DNA of 20,087 bases from positions 1 through 20,087 of the forward strand of contig JAOZIF010000074.1 of NCBI GenBank assembly GCA_026014495.1. Direction: 5' to 3'. Source of the DNA: Candidatus Bathyarchaeum sp. (GTDB lineage Archaea > Thermoproteota > Bathyarchaeia > Bathyarchaeales > Bathyarchaeaceae). A program made the position numbers and the translations under genes. The notes under the pieces are model-generated. The model made no database searches. It saw only the letters and a list, made by a program, of their open reading frames with translations, and was not told the DNA's origin. Of the stretch, positions 16,082 to 20,087 are shown piece after piece. Each line of letters begins with the position of its first letter. Within the stretch, counting starts at the first letter, position 1.

Positions 16082-18114
16082 CCGAGGAAGTACTAACAGC
16101 AGACCCAGAGGCGCTTTTTCTGGACTTTTTTAAAATGGACAAATACCGCGAAAGACTTTCAAGCATGGCTGTCGCTGGAAGCAAATCATTTGTTGTAGAT
16201 TTTGACGAACTGTTAGCATCAGAACCTAAACTCGCTCAGCAACTAATGGATAACCCCGACGAGTATCTCGAATACGCAAACCGAGCCGCTAAAGCTCAAC
16301 TGCAAATAGAGGAACCAGAATATGCAGAGGAGCTTGGAAGCATTACAGTGCGTTTTCGTGGACTACCCGAAACTACGCCGCTGCGAATTTTGGGCTCCAA
16401 GCATATTGGACACCTTGTGATGCTAGATGGCATTGTTGTCCGTGCCAGTCCCGCCCGACCTATGGTTATGGAAGCTGCATTCAAGTGTAAATGGTGTGGT
16501 GCTATGTCTCATGTTAGTCAGTCAGGTCCGTTTCTAACTGCACCGTTAGCGTGTAGTGCTCCAGAGTGTCGAAGAAAAAGTTCATTTGATTTTATTCAGG
16601 AAGAATCCACATTTATTGACTCCCAAGATGTTCGTATCCAAGAGCGTCCTGAGGATCTTCCTCCGGGTCAGCTTCCAAGGTGGCTGGACATTAAACTCCT
16701 AGAACGTGATCTTGTTGACGCTGCACGACCTGGAGATCATGTTTCAGTAGTAGGAATTACCCGTGCTGTTGCTGCACGTCTCCCAAAGGTTGGGCAGTTG
16801 CGTTCGTTTACTTTGCATCTTGACACAAACCACATAGATGTGGAAAGTAAGGAGCCTGAAAAGGTTCTTATTACGCCTGAAGAAGAAAAACAGATTCGTG
16901 ATTTGGCGAAAGACCCTACTATTCACACAAAAGTTCTTCATTCTTTAGCTCCTTCCGTTTACGGGTACGAGCACATCAAAGAAGCGATAATGTATCTTCT
17001 TTTTGGAGGAACTGGGAAACATTTCCCGGACATCACAATCAGGGGAGACTTGAACGTTTTGATGGTTGGAGACCCTGGAACCGCCAAGTCCCAGCTTCTA
17101 CAGTATGTGGCAAAAATTGCTCCTCGTGGATTGTACACGTCTGGTCGTGGAACTACTGCGGCGGGTTTGACTGCTGCGGTTCTTCGTGACAAAACTGGTG
17201 GAATGACCCTTGAAGCTGGAGCCTTGGTTTTGGCGGATAAAGGTGTAGCTGCCATAGACGAAATGGATAAGATGCGTACAGAAGACCGTGTAGCCATTCA
17301 TGAAGTCATGGAGCAGCATACTGTTTCAGTGGCTAAGGGTGGTATTGTGGCTACTTTGAATGCACGAACATCTATTCTGGCTGCGGCAAACCCCACATTG
17401 GGCAGGTATGACCCGTACAGGACTGTGGGAGAGAACATTTCGCTTCCAGTTACCATACTTTCAAGGTTCGACTTGATTTTTGTTTTAAGGGATGTGCCAG
17501 AGGCAACTAAAGATGCAAAAATGACAGATCACATTCTTGACCTTCACAGAACTGGAGTGTCTCCAACCGAAGCACCAATAGAAGGAGAGCTTTTCAGGAA
17601 GTATGTCAGTTACGCCAAAAACATAAAGCCTGTAATTACACAAGAGGCTTTGGATTGCCTCAAAGAATTCTATTTGCGTATGCGTTCAGCCAGCGAAACA
17701 GAAGGAACACCAGTGGCTATTACTGCGCGACAGTTGGAGTCGTTGGTTCGTGTGGCTGAAGCTAGGGCGCGTGTAGCTCTCAGAGACAAGGTTACGCTCG
17801 AAGATGCTGAACGAGCAATAGACATTATGAAAATTTCTCTTGAACAGGTTGGAATCGACATTTCTTCTCACCAGTTTGACATCGACATCATAATGACAGG
17901 AAAACCCAAGAGCCTGCGTGACAAGCTTTCAATAATTCTGGGAGTCATTACTACTTTGGAGAAGGAAACGGGAATGGTTGACAAGGAACGGTTGCTAGAG
18001 AAGCTTCAAGCAGAGTATGATATAATGGCTGGAGAAGCAGAGCGCCTCATTGGACAGATGCTAAAAGAGGGAACCCTTTTTGCGCCACGGGACGGTTTCC
18101 TCAAGAAGACTTGA
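16078..18114 (+). CDS. mcm: Replicative DNA helicase MCM, no intein
   Basis: C4 zinc finger CKWC...CSAPEC, Walker A GDPGTAKSQ, Walker B IDEMDK, pre-sensor-1 hairpin KGGIVATLNAR, arginine finger SRFD, C-terminal wHTH. Confidence 0.98.
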   Translation: MTEEVLTADPEALFLDFFKMDKYRERLSSMAVAGSKSFVVDFDELLASEPKLAQQLMDNPDEYLEYANRAAKAQLQIEEPEYAEELGSITVRFRGLPETTPLRILGSKHIGHLVMLDGIVVRASPARPMVMEAAFKCKWCGAMSHVSQSGPFLTAPLACSAPECRRKSSFDFIQEESTFIDSQDVRIQERPEDLPPGQLPRWLDIKLLERDLVDAARPGDHVSVVGITRAVAARLPKVGQLRSFTLHLDTNHIDVESKEPEKVLITPEEEKQIRDLAKDPTIHTKVLHSLAPSVYGYEHIKEAIMYLLFGGTGKHFPDITIRGDLNVLMVGDPGTAKSQLLQYVAKIAPRGLYTSGRGTTAAGLTAAVLRDKTGGMTLEAGALVLADKGVAAIDEMDKMRTEDRVAIHEVMEQHTVSVAKGGIVATLNARTSILAAANPTLGRYDPYRTVGENISLPVTILSRFDLIFVLRDVPEATKDAKMTDHILDLHRTGVSPTEAPIEGELFRKYVSYAKNIKPVITQEALDCLKEFYLRMRSASETEGTPVAITARQLESLVRVAEARARVALRDKVTLEDAERAIDIMKISLEQVGIDISSHQFDIDIIMTGKPKSLRDKLSIILGVITTLEKETGMVDKERLLEKLQAEYDIMAGEAERLIGQMLKEGTLFAPRDGFLKKT

Positions 18115-18131
18115 AGTAAGGGTCAACAACG

Positions 18132-20087
18132 TTGAAGATTGAAGAGCTGCAGTTACATGATTCTGTAAAACAGGTTTTAGCTGATTTAGGGCTTACTGAG
18201 TTGTATCCGCCTCAGCAGGAAGCTGTTTTAGCGGGTGCTTTGGATGGAAAGAACCTTGTTTTGGCGAGTCCCACTGCTTCAGGTAAGACTTTGGTTGCTG
18301 AACTGTGTGCACTTAAGCATGTTTTGGAGCGGGATGGCAAAGTTCTGTATTTGTCTCCGTTGCGGGCTTTAGCCAGTGAGAAGTTTGAGGAATTCGGAAA
18401 ATACACGAATATACGCAAAGCTAACGGCAGACGGGTCAGCGTGGGCGTCAGCACAGGCGACTACGACAGCAGTGACCCGTGGATGGGAAAACATGACATC
18501 ATAGTGACCACAAACGAGAAGGCAGATTCTTTGCTGCGGCACAGAGCCAAGTGGGTAAGTGATGTTTCTCTTGTGGTTGCCGATGAAGTGCATCTTCTTA
18601 ACGATGCAGACCGTGGACCAACCCTTGAAGTCGTGCTTGCGCGGCTCATGCAGGTGAATCCCGACATTCAACTTGTGGTCTTGAGTGCTACAATACAGAA
18701 TGTGGAAGAGGTTGCGGATTGGCTTAAGGCAATCTCGGTTACAACAGAATGGAGACCTGTAACCCTCAGGGAAGGCGTGATACTGCATGACGAGGTTTTG
18801 TTCAAGGACGGCGGTGCACTCAAAATAGAGAAAGCCGCTAAAGACCCAACCCTGAATTTGGCGGTTTACACAGTAAAATCTGGAAACCAAGCCTTAGCAT
18901 TTGCAGGCACCAGAAGAAACTCGATAAGTCTAGCCAAAAAAGTTGCAGCAAAAATCAAGCCTCTGCTCTCAAAGCCCATGAAACGTTCTTTAAAGCAGTT
19001 ATCTGAACAAATTCTTTCAACAGGAGAGCGAACCAGACTTGGCGAGCAACTAGCAGAAGTGGTTAGTTGCGGAGCCGCGTTTCATCATGCTGGCTTGAGT
19101 GGTGGTCACAGGAAAATAGTTGAGGATGCGTTTAAGGCAGGAAAAATCAAGGTTCTAACCGCCACGCCAACATTAGCGTTTGGGATGAATCTTCCAGCAA
19201 GAATAGTAATAATCAACGAATACAGAAGATACGAATCTAGTTACGGCTACTATCCGATTCCTGTTCTTGAGTATAAACAGATGGCTGGGCGTGCGGGAAG
19301 ACCACGATACGACAAGTTTGGGGACTCGATACTGGTAGCCAAAACTGAAGATGAACGCGAGTATCTTATGGAAAGCTACATTTTGGCTGAAACCGAAAAA
19401 ATATGGTCTAAACTTGCGGTGGAACGTATACTTCGGTCTCATGTTTTAGCTACGGTTGCGTCGGATTTTGCTCATACAGAGCAGGGAATCTACGAGTTTT
19501 TTGGCAAGACATTTTATGCTTACCAGTATGACCCCCGGGCGATAAAGGGAGTTATCCAAAAAAGTTTGGGCTTTTTGTTCACAGAAAAAATGATTGAATA
19601 TGTTGGCGACAAGATTTATGCCACCAAATTTGGACGAAGAGTCTCCGAACTATACCTTGACCCCCTCACGGGAGTTACAATAAGAGATGCCCTTACAAAC
19701 CGTGCACAACACGTCACTGACGTTAGTTTTCTTCACATGATTGCCCGCACCCCAGACATGTACCCTAAGCTTCGCCCTTACGCAAACGAGATGGATACTC
19801 TCCAGTTTTTTATTGAAGACCACAAAGACGAGTTCATGTTTGAGCTTCCTGACCCATGGATGGACAGGCTAGCTTTTGAAAACTTTCTTGGAGAAGCAAA
19901 ACTCTCGTTAGTGCTCAAGTCTTGGATGAACGAAACAAGCGAAGACGAAATGATTGAACAATACAGAGTTCAGCCAGGAGACCTTTATCGGCTAATCTCA
20001 ACAGCCAAGTGGCTTGTTCATGCATCTAATGAGTTGGCTTCGCTTCTCAAACACAAAGACCTGTTGGCTGACCTATCGAGGCTAACA
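18132..20087 (+). CDS. hel308: Ski2-like SF2 helicase Hel308/Hjm, truncated by the window edge (652 codons visible, not in the supplied ORF track)
   Basis: Manual translation from TTG 18132 is open to the window end: MKIEEL...LYPPQQEA (Q motif), SPTASGKT, P.RALASEK, DEVH, LSAT, FHHAGL, ATPTLAFGMNLPA, QMAGRAGRP, FGRRVSELYLDP. Confidence 0.96.
   Translation, partial: MKIEELQLHDSVKQVLADLGLTELYPPQQEAVLAGALDGKNLVLASPTASGKTLVAELCALKHVLERDGKVLYLSPLRALASEKFEEFGKYTNIRKANGRRVSVGVSTGDYDSSDPWMGKHDIIVTTNEKADSLLRHRAKWVSDVSLVVADEVHLLNDADRGPTLEVVLARLMQVNPDIQLVVLSATIQNVEEVADWLKAISVTTEWRPVTLREGVILHDEVLFKDGGALKIEKAAKDPTLNLAVYTVKSGNQALAFAGTRRNSISLAKKVAAKIKPLLSKPMKRSLKQLSEQILSTGERTRLGEQLAEVVSCGAAFHHAGLSGGHRKIVEDAFKAGKIKVLTATPTLAFGMNLPARIVIINEYRRYESSYGYYPIPVLEYKQMAGRAGRPRYDKFGDSILVAKTEDEREYLMESYILAETEKIWSKLAVERILRSHVLATVASDFAHTEQGIYEFFGKTFYAYQYDPRAIKGVIQKSLGFLFTEKMIEYVGDKIYATKFGRRVSELYLDPLTGVTIRDALTNRAQHVTDVSFLHMIARTPDMYPKLRPYANEMDTLQFFIEDHKDEFMFELPDPWMDRLAFENFLGEAKLSLVLKSWMNETSEDEMIEQYRVQPGDLYRLISTAKWLVHASNELASLLKHKDLLADLSRLT

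Noticed and set aside
11614-18114. Possible inteins in rfcS or mcm (known hotspots)
   Set aside because: Lengths (325 and 678 aa) and contiguous Walker motifs show the sites are empty.
191-19442. Numerous antisense or alternative-frame ORFs in the track (e.g. 2083-2478, 2752-3201, 3820-4257, 16959-17297, 18369-18890, 19173-19442)
   Set aside because: They lie within well-supported genes, lack motifs, and are shadow ORFs.
1-20087. CRISPR array, IS element or defence system
   Set aside because: No regularly spaced repeats, transposase, terminal inverted repeats with target duplications, or nuclease/methylase genes were seen.

Overview
Archaeal chromosomal window, most consistent with Bathyarchaeia (TACK). 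This assignment is inferred from the Gins23-type GINS next to MCM, the short RFC large subunit, and the NosD-repeat and DUF2341 surface proteins. Gene order: tRNA-Thr(CGT) (-); a membrane-anchored NosD/CASH beta-helix surface protein (-); thiL and a core (folate-independent) methionine-synthase-like gene (+); two Nudix hydrolases (-); a 4-TM membrane protein coupled to a KamA-family radical SAM enzyme (+); a cupin (-); moaA (+); an HtrA protease (+); rfcS, rfcL and a Cys8 small protein (-); a wHTH protein (+); a flavin reductase (-); a pilin-DUF2341 fusion (+); and gins23, mcm and hel308 (+). hel308 runs off the right edge and is absent from the supplied ORF track. No CRISPR array, transposase, integrase or intein was seen. 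Best leads: (1) the KamA-family enzyme lacks the lysine-binding Asp pair and is coupled to an internally duplicated membrane protein behind a structured leader; (2) an unknown 8-Cys protein closes the RFC operon; (3) the pilin carries a nested lectin-like module and sits in a slot splitting the replication cluster; (4) strong sub-genic patches of A/C versus G/T third-position skew. All family assignments are motif recognition from memory, and no searches were run.
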